From: the human T2T-CHM13v2.0 reference genome, Homo sapiens | Reading direction: 5' to 3' (one strand) | DNA length: 64,000 bases | Assembly (NCBI RefSeq): GCF_009914755.1 | Contig: NC_060930.1 | In this document: positions 30,532-43,605 of the stretch, piece after piece | Layout of the letters: each line of letters begins with the position of its first letter | How positions within the stretch are numbered: the stretch's first letter is position 1 | Made by a program: the position numbers and the translations under genes | The notes under the pieces: generated by a model | What the model saw: the letters and a program-made list of their open reading frames with translations, nothing else | Told to the model about the DNA's origin: nothing | The model's database searches: none

Positions 30532-30877
30532 CAGTTTGCCTCTTTTTCTAAGGACATCAATCTTATTGGATTAGGACCCATCCTAATGACCTCAATTTAA
30601 TTACATATTTAACAGACCTATCTCCAAATACAGTTACATTCTGAGGTATTGATGTTTAAGGCTTCAACATATGAATTTTGGAGGAATATAATTCAGCCAA
30701 TAACAACCCTGTTAAAGAAGTTTGAAAAATGTACCACCTCTCCTTCTCACATTAGCATTCAATTTTTTTCTCATTATGTTTAAAGAAGGTTGTTTCTACT
30801 ATATTTTACTGAAAATTTATATATAAAACTGTTAATATAACTTTTAGGCATAAACAATAAAATATATAACTGTCCAC

Positions 30878-33407
30878 GTGTTCTCATTATTTAGCTCCCA
30901 CCTATAAATAAGAATATGCAGTACTTGGTTTTCTGTTCCTGCATTAGCTTGCTAAAGATAATGACCTCCGTTTCCATCCATGTTACTGCAAAGGACATGA
31001 TCTCATTCTTTATATGGCTGCATAGTATTCCATGGTGTATTTGTACCAAATTTTCTTTATCCAGTCTCCTGTTGAAGGACATTTAGGTTGAATCCATGTC
31101 TTTGCTATTGTAAATAGTGCTGCAATAAACATGCATGTGCAATTGTCTTTATGATATAACTAATTATATTCCTTTGGGTATATATCCAGTAGTGGGATTG
31201 GAGGGTCAAGTGGTAATTCTGCTTTTAGTTCTTTGATGAATCACCACACTGCTTTCCACAATGGTTGAACTAGTTTACCTCTAACCAATAGTGAATAAAT
31301 GTTCCCTTTTCTCCACAACCTCACCGACATCTCTATTTTTTTTTATTTTCTAATAATAGCCATTCTGACTGGTGTGAGATGGTATCTCATTGTGGTTTTG
31401 ATTTGCATTTCTCTGATGGTTAGTGATATTGAGCAATTTTTCATATGCCAGTTGGCCACACGTAGGTCTTCTTTTCAAAAGTGTTTGTTCATGTTCTTTG
31501 TCCACTTTTTAATAAGGTTGTTTGTGTTTTTGCTTGTACATTTGTTTAAGTCTCTTGTGGATTCTGGATATTAGACTTTTGTCAGATGTATACTTTGCAA
31601 ATATTTTCTCCCATTCTGTAAATTGCCTGTTTACTCTGATTCTGATGACAATTTCTTTGGCTTTGCAGAATCTCTTTAATTTAATTAGGTTCCATTTGTC
31701 AAATTTTGCTTTTGTTGCAATTGCTTTTGGTGTTTTTGTCATGAAATCTTTGCCATTTCCTATGTCCAAAATAGTATTTCCTAGGTTATATTCCAGAGTG
31801 TTTATAGTTTTAGGTTTTACATTTTGGTCTTTAATCCATCTTGAGTTGATTTTTGAATGTGGTATAAGGAAGGAGTCCATTTTCAATCTTCTGCACATAG
31901 CTAGTCTGTTATCCCAACATCATTTATTGAATAGTGAATCCATTCTCCATTGCTGGTTTTTGTAAGCTTTGTCAAAAATCAGATGATTGTAGGTGTGTGG
32001 CTGTTCCATTGTTCTATGTATTTGTGTTTACCAGCACCACAGTGCTTTGGTTACTGTAGCCTTGTGGTACAATTTGAAGTTGGGCAATGTTATTCTTCCA
32101 GCTTTGTTCTTTTTGCTTAGGATTGCCTTTGCTATTAGGTCTCTTTTTTGGTTCCATATGAATTTTAGAACAGTTTTTCTAGTTCTGTAAAGAATATCAT
32201 TGGTAGATTGATAAGAACAGCATTGAATCTGTAAGTTGCAATAGGCATTATGGCTATTTTAACAACACTGATTTTTCTTATCCATGAGAATGAATTGTTC
32301 TTCCATTTGTTTCTGTCATCTCTGATTTCATTCAGCAATGTTTTGTAATTCTCATTGTAGAGGTTTTTTACCTTCCTGGTTAAGCTGTATTCCTAGGTAT
32401 ATTCTTATTTTTGTGGCAATTGTGAATGAGAATTGTGTTCCTGATTTCACTCTCTGCTTGGGTACTGCTAGTGCATTGGAATGCTACTGAGTTTTGTACA
32501 TTGATTTTATATCCTGAAATTTTGCTGAAGTTGTTTATCAGATCAAGGGGCTTTTAGGTAGAAATTATGGAATTTTCAAGACATAGAATCATGTCATCTG
32601 TAAACAGGGATAGTTTCACTTCCTTTCTTCCTATTTGGATTACTTTTATTTCCTTCTCTTTCCTGATTTCTCTAACCAGGATTGAATACTATATTGAATA
32701 GGAGTGGCAAGAGTGGGCATCCTTGTCTTGTTCTGGGTTTCAAGGGGAATGTTTTTGGCTTTTGCCCATTCAGTATGATGTTGGCTGTGGGTTTCTCATA
32801 GATGGCTCTTATTATTTTGAAATATGTTTCTTTAATGCATAGTTTATTGAATGTTTTTAACATGAAGGGAAGTCGAATTTTGTCAAGAGCCTTTCAGGCA
32901 TCTATTGAGATAATCATGTGGTTTTTGTCTTTAGTTCTGTTTATGTGATGACTCACATTTATTGATTTGCATATGTTGAACCAAACTTGCAAACCCAGTG
33001 ATAAAGCCTACTTGATTGTGGTTGGTTAGCTTTTTCATGTGCTGCTGGATTTGGTTTGCTGGTATTTTGTTGGGGATTTTTGCATCTATGTACATCAAAG
33101 ATATTGGTCTGAAGTTTTATTTTGTGTGTGTGTGTCTCTGCCAGGTTTTTGATTCAGGATAATGCTGGCCTTATAAAATGAGTTAGGGATGAGTCTCTTC
33201 TCTCCATTGTTCTGGAACAGTTTCAATAGGAATGATACCAACTCTTCTTTGTGCATCTGGTAGAATGTAGCTGTGAATGTGCCTGGTATTGGGCTTTTTT
33301 TGATTCATAGGCTATTTATTATTGATTCAATTTTGGAGCTCACTATTGGTCTGTTAATGGATTTAATTTCTTCCTGGTTCGGTCTTGGGAGGATGTATGT
33401 TTCCAAG
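30878..33407 (-). mobile_element. L1 (PA13-16/PB-type) ORF2 RT to C-terminal fragment
   Basis: Minus-strand ORFs 31509-31898 ([14 protein letters not shown]) and 32672-32863 ([23 protein letters not shown]) are L1 ORF2p. Confidence 0.92.
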
Positions 33408-33707
33408 ATAAGGGCAATGATATGGTGCTTTTATTAAAGGAGGCTTCTTTGGCACCACTACTTAAATATTTTCTTTGTTTATCATCCAGAAGATCTCAGG
33501 TTGTGAGAAAGGTAAAAATTATTTGGGAAAGTAGGAGAAAGCAGAGTTAGAAAGAAGAACCAGCATGATGCCTCTACCCCAGGCTCTTCAAGAAAACATG
33601 TAGAAGTTGAGAATCTGAAAATAGACATTCTTAAATCTGTGCCTGATCACCCACTTGAAAATTTTCATGTGCCACCAAAAGTGTGCTTACCTCATGTGAA
33701 GAACATT

Positions 33708-34082
33708 TGTACTAGTCTATTCTCACATTGTTATAAAGAACTTCCGGAGACTAGGTAAATCATAATGGAAAGAGATATAATTAACTCACAGTTCTGCATG
33801 GCTAGGGAGGCCTAAGGAAACTTACAATCATGGCAGAAGGGGAAGCAAACACATCCTTCTTCACATGGCAGCAGGAGAGAGAAGTGCCGAGAAAAGGCGG
33901 AAAAGCCCCTTCCCCTTATAAAACCATCAGCTCTTGTGAGAGTTCACTATCACAAGAACAGCATGGGGTTAATTGATCCCAGGATTCAATTACCTCCTAC
34001 TGGTTCCCTCCCATGACACATGGAGATTAGGGGAACTACATTTCAAGGTGAGGTTTGGGTGGGACACGGCCAAACCATATCA
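33708..34082 (-). mobile_element. THE1 (C/D) solo LTR
   Basis: tgtactagtc...ccaaaccatatca; TSD acatt/ccatt. Confidence 0.88.
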
Positions 34083-34529
34083 CCATTGTATTAGTAGAAG
34101 GCATAAATGACTTATTTTCTATATGCCGTTTTGCATGGAACCCACTCTGGTCTTGCCTGCTTTTCCAGAGCAAGCTTGGGACAGTAGGGAAGGATTGCTC
34201 ACAAAGTAGGGAAGATTATTCCCATGAACAAAGCCATGGGACACACTTTGCTTTATCAGTTATGTACTGCTTCAAATGAAAGAGAGGAAAAGTCAGCACA
34301 GTGCAATATAATAACTCATAGAAGACAAGACTGGGGATAAGGCCAATCAAGAGAGCAGAAAATAAGAGGATTAAATTTGTTCCTGCTACTGCCAGTACCC
34401 AGGATTGGCTTGTTTGTCCTTGTACCTTCCTCTGGGAGAATGAGGACAGAATAAGTGAAGGGAACCTTAACTTGTCCCTAAAGTCTGGAGTTGCTACAAG
34501 CAAACTAGCATGCTGCTAAAGCAAACAAA

Positions 34530-35045
<516 letters not shown>

Positions 35046-35199
35046 AGTGCTCATATCTACTTATTGAAATTCAACTTATATTTCCAACTCATTCAAAGGA
35101 TAGCTCTTCTTTAGAGCTACTACCATCTTCACTCCTTCCCTTAGCTAGTCAATCCAGTCTGTGTGAGTCAGCAGCACTTTATTTATACCTTTGTTTTAG

Positions 35200-35370
35200 C
35201 AGTGTTTCCCAAACCTTACTAATCCTCATAATGTCCAGAGAAGTGTATTGTAAAATACAAATCTTATGCATCTATATTTTGATTCAGTGTATCTCAGCTG
35301 GGATCTAAGAATACACATTTTTAAACCCTCAACTGCTATTTCAATAACCAGTCAAGTTTAGGAAACCCTG
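35200..35370. mobile_element. MER5 (hAT-Charlie MITE)
   Basis: TIRs cagtgtttcccaaac and gtttaggaaaccctg. Confidence 0.75.
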
Positions 35371-35570
35371 AACAAAATAATGTTCAATACCTTATTCAAA
35401 CCTGAGGTCACATAAAATTAAATTTCTGATACTTTAAATGCCCATTTCAGTTCAGTTTACTTTTGTCTAAAAGACAGAGGAGTGAATAAATGAAGCTGAT
35501 AGAAAAGGAGTTTCAGTTTGAGGTTAGTTTTTGTGTAAGAGAAGGGTGAGTTCTACTTCATACACATTGA

Positions 35571-37166
35571 TTTCAACTTTTATTTTATATGCTGAGGGTA
35601 CATTTGCAGACTTGTTACATGGGAATATTGCGTGATGCTACTGTTTGGAGTATGAATCTCATCAGCTAGGTAGTGAGGATGGTACCCAATAGGCAGTTTT
35701 TTAACTGCCTCCTTCAACCTCTAGTGGTCCTCAGTGTCTATTATTCCCATATTTATGTCCATATGTGCTCAAGGTTTAGCTCCCACTTATAAATGAGAAC
35801 ATGCAGTATTTGGTATTCTATTCCTGCATTAATTTGCTTGGGGTTGAGAACTACAGCTGCTTCCATATTGCTGCAAAGGACATGATTTCATTCTTTTTTG
35901 CCACTGCATAGTATTCCATGGTGTATATGTATTACATTTCCTTGATCTAATCTATTACTGATGGCACCCGGGTTGATTCTTTGTCTTTGCTAATGTGAAT
36001 GTAACAGCAATGAACATGCAAGTGCATGAGTCTCTTTGGTAGGATGACGTATTTTCTTTTGAGAATATACTCAATAATGAGATTGTGGGGACAAATGGTA
36101 ACCCTCTTTTGAGTTAAGAAATTTCCAAGATGCTTTCCACAGTGCCTGAACTAATTTATATTTCTACCAACAGTGTATAAGTATTCCCTGTTCTCTGCAG
36201 TCTCACCAGCATCTACTGTTTTTTGTTTTTTGTTTTTTTTTTACTTTTTTGTAATAGCCATTCTGACTGGTGTGCGATTATATCTCATTATGGTTTTGAT
36301 TTGCATTTATCTGATGATCAGTGAAACTGAGCATTTTTTTCACATATTTATTGGCCATGTGTATGTCTTTTTTAAAAAGTATCTGTTCATATCCCTTGCC
36401 TATTTTTAATGGGGTTATTTGTTTTACGTTTGTTGATTTAAGTTCCCTATATTCTGTATATTAGGTCCTTGTCAGATGCATGATTTGTGAATATCTTCTC
36501 TCATTCTATAGATTGTTTGCTCTGTTGATAGTTTCTTTTGCTGTGCAGAAGCTCTTTAGTTTAATCAGGTCATACTTGCCTATTTTTCGTTTTGTTGCAA
36601 TTACTTTTTGGAACTTAGCCAAAAACTTGTTGCCAAAGCCAATGTTGAGAAGAGTATTTCCTAGGTTGTCTTCCAGGATTCTTATAGTTTGAGGTCTTAC
36701 ATTTAAATCTTTAATCCATCTTGAGTTAATTTTTGTGTATGGTGAAATCTTCCACATATAGCTATCGTTATTCCAGCACCATTTATTGAATAAGGAGTCC
36801 TTTCCTCACTGCTTGTTTTCATTGGCCTTGTTGAAGATCATATGGCTGTAGATGTGCAGATTTATTCATGAGTTTTATATCCTCATTTATTTATGAGTTT
36901 TTTGGTTACTGTAGTCTTGTAATACAGTTTGAAGTCAGATAGTGTGATGCCTCGGCTTTGTTATTTTTGCTTAAGATTGCTTTGGCTCTTCAGGCTCTTT
37001 TTGCGTTCTGTGTGAATTTTAGGATAGTTTTTTCTAATTCTGTGAAAAGTAATGTTAGTCATTTTATAGGAATAGCATTGAATCTGTAAATTTCTTTGGG
37101 CAGTATGGCCGTTTTTATTATATCAATTTTCCTATCCATAAGCATGGAATGTTTCTCCATTTATGT
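35571..37166 (-). mobile_element. L1PA13-16-type, non-inverted 3' segment of a twin-primed insertion
   Basis: 3' UTR 'tttcaacttttatttt...gggtacatttgcag' plus ORF2 ([16 protein letters not shown], 36506-36757 minus). Confidence 0.9.
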
Positions 37167-37167
37167 A

Positions 37168-39366
37168 GTGACACAGGCTCAAAGTAAAAGGGTGGAGTAA
37201 AATCTATCATGCAAATTAAAAACATAAAAGAGCAGGAGCCAGTATTCTTAGATCAGTTATAACAGACTTTAAACCAGTAAAAATTAAGAAGGACAACTAA
37301 GGGTGTTACATAATGATAAAGGGTAAAAATCCAACAAGAAGCTTTAACTAATATGTGTATATATACACTCAACCTTGGAGCACCCAGATTCATGAAACAC
37401 CTTCTTCTTGGCCTACAATAAAAACTTAGACAATCACATAATAATAGTGGATACCTTCAATATCCCACTTCCAGTGTTAGACAGATCATTGAAGCAAAAA
37501 ACTAACAGAGAAACTCTGGACTTAAACTTGATGCTTTACCAATTGGACCTAATAGACATCTACAGATCACTCCACCCAACAGCCATAGAATATACATTCT
37601 TCTCATCTGCCCACAGAACAGATTCTAAGATCAACCATATTCTCAGTCATAAAGCAAGATCCAATAAATTAAAAAAAAATAAATCATACCAAGCATACTC
37701 TTGGACCATGGCACAAAAAAAATAGAAATAAATACCAAGAAGCTCTCCCAAAACTATGCAAACACATAAAAATTAAACAACTTACTCCTTGAGTAACTCA
37801 TGGGTGAACATCAAAATTAAGGAAAAAATTTAAAAAATATTTGAAATTAATAAAAATAGAAACAAAATTTACCAAAATCGCTGGGATGCAGCCAAAGCAG
37901 CGTGAAGAGGAAAGTTTATAGCCCGACACATCTTTATCAAGAAGTTATAAATGTCTCAAATTAACAGTCTATCTTTGTACCTACAAAAAAAAAACTAGAA
38001 AAATAAACCAAACCAACTCTGAAGCTAGCGGAAGAAAAGAAATAACTAAAACTAGAGAAGAACTGAATAAAATTGAGATGCAAAAATTCATACAAAGGAT
38101 GGTTCAATCCAGAGCTTATTCTTCAAAAAAAAAAAAAGATTGATAGACCCCCTAACTAGAGTAATAAAGAAAAAGAAAGAGAAGATCCAAATAAGCACAA
38201 TCAGAATAAACAAAGGTGACATTACAACTGATCCCACAAGAATACAAAAGGTCTTCAGATACTACTATGAATAACACTATGCACACAAATTAAAAAATCT
38301 AGAGGATATGGTTAAATCCCTGGAAGCACATAGTCTCCCAAGATTGAATCAGAAAGAGATTGAAATCCTGAATAGACTAACATCAACTTCTGAAATTGAA
38401 TCAGTTATAAAGAACCTATCAACCAAAAAAAGTCCTGGACCAGAGGGATTCACAGCCATATTCTACCAGATTTACAAAGAACTGATACCAATCCTATTGA
38501 AAGTATTCCAAAAAGTCAAGAAGGAGTTCCTCCCTAACTCATTCTATGAAGCCAGGATTAGCCTGATACCAAAATCTGGCAGAGAGACAATGAAAGTAAA
38601 GAAAACTGCAGACCAATATCCCCCATGAATATAGATGAAAAAATCCTCAAAAAAAATTAGTTATTTGAATCCCACAGCAAATCAAAAAGTTATTACATCA
38701 CAGTTAAGTAGGCTTTTTTCTGGGATGCAAGATTGGTTCAACATACACAAATCAATAAATGCGATTCACCACAAAAACAGCATTAAAATGAAAAACCATA
38801 TAATTATGTCAAAAGAAGCAGGAAAAACTTTTGATAAAATCCAACATCTCTTCATGATAAAAACTCTCAACAGACTAGGCATTGGAAGAATATACTTCAA
38901 AATAATAAAAGCCATCTATGACAAACCCACAGCCAACATCAAACTGAATGGGCAAAAGCTTGAACCATTACCTTTGAAAACTGGAACAAGGATGTCCACT
39001 CTCACCTATTGAACATAGAACTGGAAGTCCTAGCAAGAGAAATCAGGCAAGAGAAAGAAATATAAGGGATCCAAACAGGAAAAGAAGAAGTCAAACTATT
39101 TCTCTTTGCTGATGATATAATTCTATTCCTAGAAAACCTCATAGTCTCTGCATAAAACCTCCTTGATCTAATAAACAACTTCAGCAAAGTTTCAGGGTAC
39201 AAAATCATTGTACAAAAATCAGTAGCATCTCTATAGACCAACAAAGTCCAAGCTGAGAGTAAAATCAAGTAAACAATCCTGTACAATAGCCACAATGAAA
39301 CTGAAATACCTAGAAATACAGCTAACCAAGGAGGTGAAAGATCTCTACAAGGAGAACTACAAAACA
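37168..39366 (+). mobile_element. Inverted 5' segment (ORF2 EN to RT) of the same L1
   Basis: Plus-strand ORFs at 37408, 38308 and 38635 are ORF2p. The segment ends at 'gagaactacaaaaca', about 20 nt upstream in L1 coordinates of where the minus segment begins. Confidence 0.88.
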
Positions 39367-41621
39367 TGTTTATTTTAAATTTCCTGAATTATTTGGCTTA
39401 TCAGCTGAAAGTTACAGTGATAGCAGGTTAATCTTTGAAAAGGCAAGTTCATTTTTCATGGTTTGGCACATCGACAACACTTAATGTCAACATGTACAAA
39501 CTTCCTAAGAGATGTTTATCTGGGGGTGTACCTAAAGTGAAAAAGTTTACATTAGTATTTTTGAAAATATACTCTTCTTCACCTTACATAATGAATAAAG
39601 CCAGGAAGAAGAGGAAAAATTAAGTGGGAATAAAAGAGGGAGAGGCAGAAGGAGATTCATATTTTTTTGAATGATTGACAAGTGTATTTGTCAAATTTGT
39701 ATTTTTAGATCATTGTGTCAATAAGGCAAATATTTTCAGTTTCATTATGTCTTTCAATCTACATGGAGCATGAGATTCACATCAATCCATTCCAATATTT
39801 TGATAGCAAGATCATGTACACATTCAAAATAAATATTGCAATAAAACAATTTAGAGAGTGTCATTTCACAAATGGCATAAATTTAACAAAATAAGGCAAT
39901 AATGATAAGGAGTTAGCAACATTTATGACCATTTTTATATATTAATTATTTTGCCAAATATTCTTTTTAATCATGGAGATACTCTGAGTAAGTAAAGTTA
40001 GATGCAATTGTAAGAAGCGGCAATGAAATTTCAAAGTGGAATATAAAGCCAAATATTTTCTACATGCTTTTATTTAACTGGTCGTGCTAATATCTAGTTG
40101 AGTCCTCAGGCTAATTTAAAACATAATGTGAATTTTGAAAAATGTAGAAATTTCCCCTAAAGTAAAAGTATTCCACATGGGCCTAAGAAGTATATGGTAT
40201 ATTGTCATGTTTCTGTCCATTCAAAAAAGAAGAGGAAAGAAAACCTATCTGGCCTTTTTTGACCCAAGATCTTTTAAAAACTTTTGTACAAAGGTCAAGT
40301 GAACAGAAGTGAGCTAAAGTTATTAAGTGATCAATTTTAGCTGGAGCGCTTACTGGAAATTAAAATACAGACATTTTCCTCTCCCTCTTGAAAATTATCT
40401 TCAAATTAAACGTACATTTAAATATATCACATAACCAATTTCCTCCTGGGGAAAACTAAAGGATAATTTTCAATTTTGATGCTCTTCCTTACTCGTCTTT
40501 ATTTTGATGACCAATGCCCAGAGCTTATTTTTGATTATATGTTTCCTTCTATATCATATTTCAAAAAGTTTCTTTTTACAATCTCCTGAAATACTACAGG
40601 GCAGATTCAAATATGTCCCAAGCAGGCACTGAAGTTTTAATGCATTTTTATGGGAACAAGTCTCAGCCTTTCCAATACAACGTTTATTTGTCCAGAAGGA
40701 TGTTAGTGGAATGCCCTTCTATTTATAGCTTTGTAAACAAATTGTTCCTATACTACAAGTATGTAGAATGATTTATAATTTTCTATTTAATCAATTACTT
40801 TATCATGTTATACAAATATTATAAAATGCATGTTGTACAGCTGAATCTTCTTTGGGAATAAATCCATTATATTTGCTAATCCAACAATATAACAAATGAA
40901 GTTCAAATGGACTATTTTAATTAACGCAAGCCTTTCTGGAGTCCAAAACAATGTTATTATTGCCACTTCGATTAATGCTGTCTTGACACAGGTTAAATAA
41001 AAATGCTTGCCGCCAGTGTTTATAATTCCGATCCCACTACTTGGAACAGCACAAGCACAAGGTAAACAATAAATATATGTTGGATTAATATATTGCAATT
41101 ATTATTTTTTGTCTTTTACAAAGGATAGTTACAATGAAGTTCTAACACTACCTTGTTTTTTAGGTGTATAAGCAAATGAGGTCATTTTTAATATGTGCAA
41201 AGTGAAATGGAGAAGTAAGGGCAAGAACTCCATGGCCTAAATTTTCTAGACCAATGCAATAAGGTAAGATTTACATGAATAAACTAGATAATTTATTTAT
41301 TTAACAACACGACTTTATACAGGTAGACAATTTTGGATTTAGTGACACATGTACCAATTCCTGCTTCACTTGATAAAAGATATCATTGCTCTTTCATTTC
41401 TTAATTACAAAAAAATCACTCATATGATTGGATGTTCCCCTATTTGCTTCTTTTCAATGCTATTTCCATCTATTTCAGATACTTGATATTTAAAATTCTA
41501 AATTTAAATACCTGAAATTGTTCCCTATAGTTAAATAGTGGACTGAAACTGCTGCGAATGTCCTAATTTGGAGAAATTCATTCTACCTAGGTGAAACCCT
41601 CATTTAATTTTATTGTGTTGA

Positions 41622-41928
41622 ATAGGGATTAGAAAACTACTGCCCATGGGCCAAATCTGGCTGCAGCTATTTTTATATGTCCCACCAGCTAAGTACATTT
41701 TTCTAAGCGGTTAAAAAAATAAAAACATGACAAATGAAAATCACAGAAAATTCAAATTACCATGTTCATAAATAAAGATTTATGGGAATACAGCCTCGCT
41801 CATTTGTTTGTGTATTGTCTATGGCAGCTTTCACATGACAAGGACAGAGCTGAGTAACAACAAATAACACACATGGCCTAAAATGTTTGCTATTTAACCC
41901 TTTATGGAAAAGATTTGTCACCTCCTGG
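41622..41928 (+). mobile_element. MER58B (hAT-Charlie)
   Basis: 'aaactactgcccatgggccaaatctggc...ctcatttgtttgtgtattgtctatggcagctttc...gatttgtcacctcctg'. Confidence 0.8.
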
Positions 41929-42271
41929 TGTAGAGCATTTATCTCTACTTTCTATCAACATTACAGTATTGGTGTCCTCTTTAGTAGTTGCCTTTGTTCA
42001 AACTGATGTAGTTTGTGTCATGTTCAGCAAGATTAGAAGGTAGGTCCCACTGCTGCAATTACAATGACTCCCCTATATTTGCATTTCACCATTAAAAAAT
42101 TCTAAACAATAATATTTCTCAGATTTTTAACACTATTTACTCTTTGTGACCAATTTCTGTAATGCCAAATATAGGGACCTATCTCTAGCCTAGCAATTTC
42201 CCCAACACCAGTCTGTTAAAGGCTTAAAGGCACTATGTCATCATTGATTTAAATATTTTTTGACAAATATT

Positions 42272-42654
<383 letters not shown>

Positions 42655-42814
42655 TTACTATGCTCATAAGGCAAATATATAACTGAAGAATTTTCTCAGT
42701 GGACTTGCCTGGTGAACTGCATTGTTCTGAATTGTGAAAATGATCATAAGTCCAGTTCTGTAAATGTCACTGTTGAAAAGAGGAAAACTCTGGACCAGTA
42801 TCAGATATTTATAT

Positions 42815-43605
42815 TTCTTACTGAATATAGTTAATAACAGTGTATTTTATGTTTCAAAAGTGCATGAAGGGTAGATTTTAAATGTTCTCACTGTCTACCC
42901 ATCAACAGTGGATTGGATAAAGAAAATGTGGTACATATACACCATGGAATACTACACAGCTATAAAAAAGAATAAAATCATGTTTTTGAGGCAACATAGA
43001 TTCAGCTGGAGGCCATTATCCTAAGTGAATTAACATAGCAACAGGACACCAAATACCACATATTCTCACTTGTAAGTGGGAGCTAAACTTTGGGTACTCA
43101 TGGACATAAAGATGGCAACAATAGACACTGGGGACTACTAGAGTGGAGAGGAAGGGAGAGGGGCCAGGGATGATAAGCTAACTCTTGGGTACTATGCTCA
43201 CTACCTGGGTGATGCAATCAACTGTACTATTTATCATTTACCATTTCCCATCATGCAATATACCCATGTAACAAACCTGCACGTGCAACTCCCAAATCTG
43301 AAATAAAAGTTGAAATTGTTTTTTAAAAACTGCACACAAAATAGAGCAAACAAGGCATTATGTACCTTTATGATACCATTACGTACATCATATCCTGATG
43401 ATGAGAGAATACACTACTACCTATGAAGCAGTCTTACCAAAATAGCCAAAAAAAAACTTCTTACCACAAAGAAAAAGCATGTGCAATGGTATGTTAATTA
43501 GCCTGATTTAATTAATGTATACAATATATACATGTATCATAACATCACATTGCACCCCATAAATATATATGATTATTACTGTCAATTAAAACTAAAAATA
43601 TTTTT
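42815..43605 (+). mobile_element. L1MA 3' end with nested L1PA16/PB 3' fragment (~42893-43330)
   Basis: L1MA 'tagattttaaatgttctcac' resumes as 'ttaccacaaagaaaaagcatgtg...caccccataaatatata'. The inner element has a canonical L1P 3' UTR. Confidence 0.75.

Noticed and set aside
37408-39012. ORFs with endonuclease/RT-like peptides (also at 12702, 18387, 31509, 32672, 55410, 55623)
   Set aside because: Frameshifted, stop-riddled L1 ORF2 relics; not genes and not a novel RT system.
40808-41098. 96-aa minus-strand ORF in unique DNA
   Set aside because: Non-ATG start, no recognisable domain and no flanking splice signals; treated as a possible enhancer instead.
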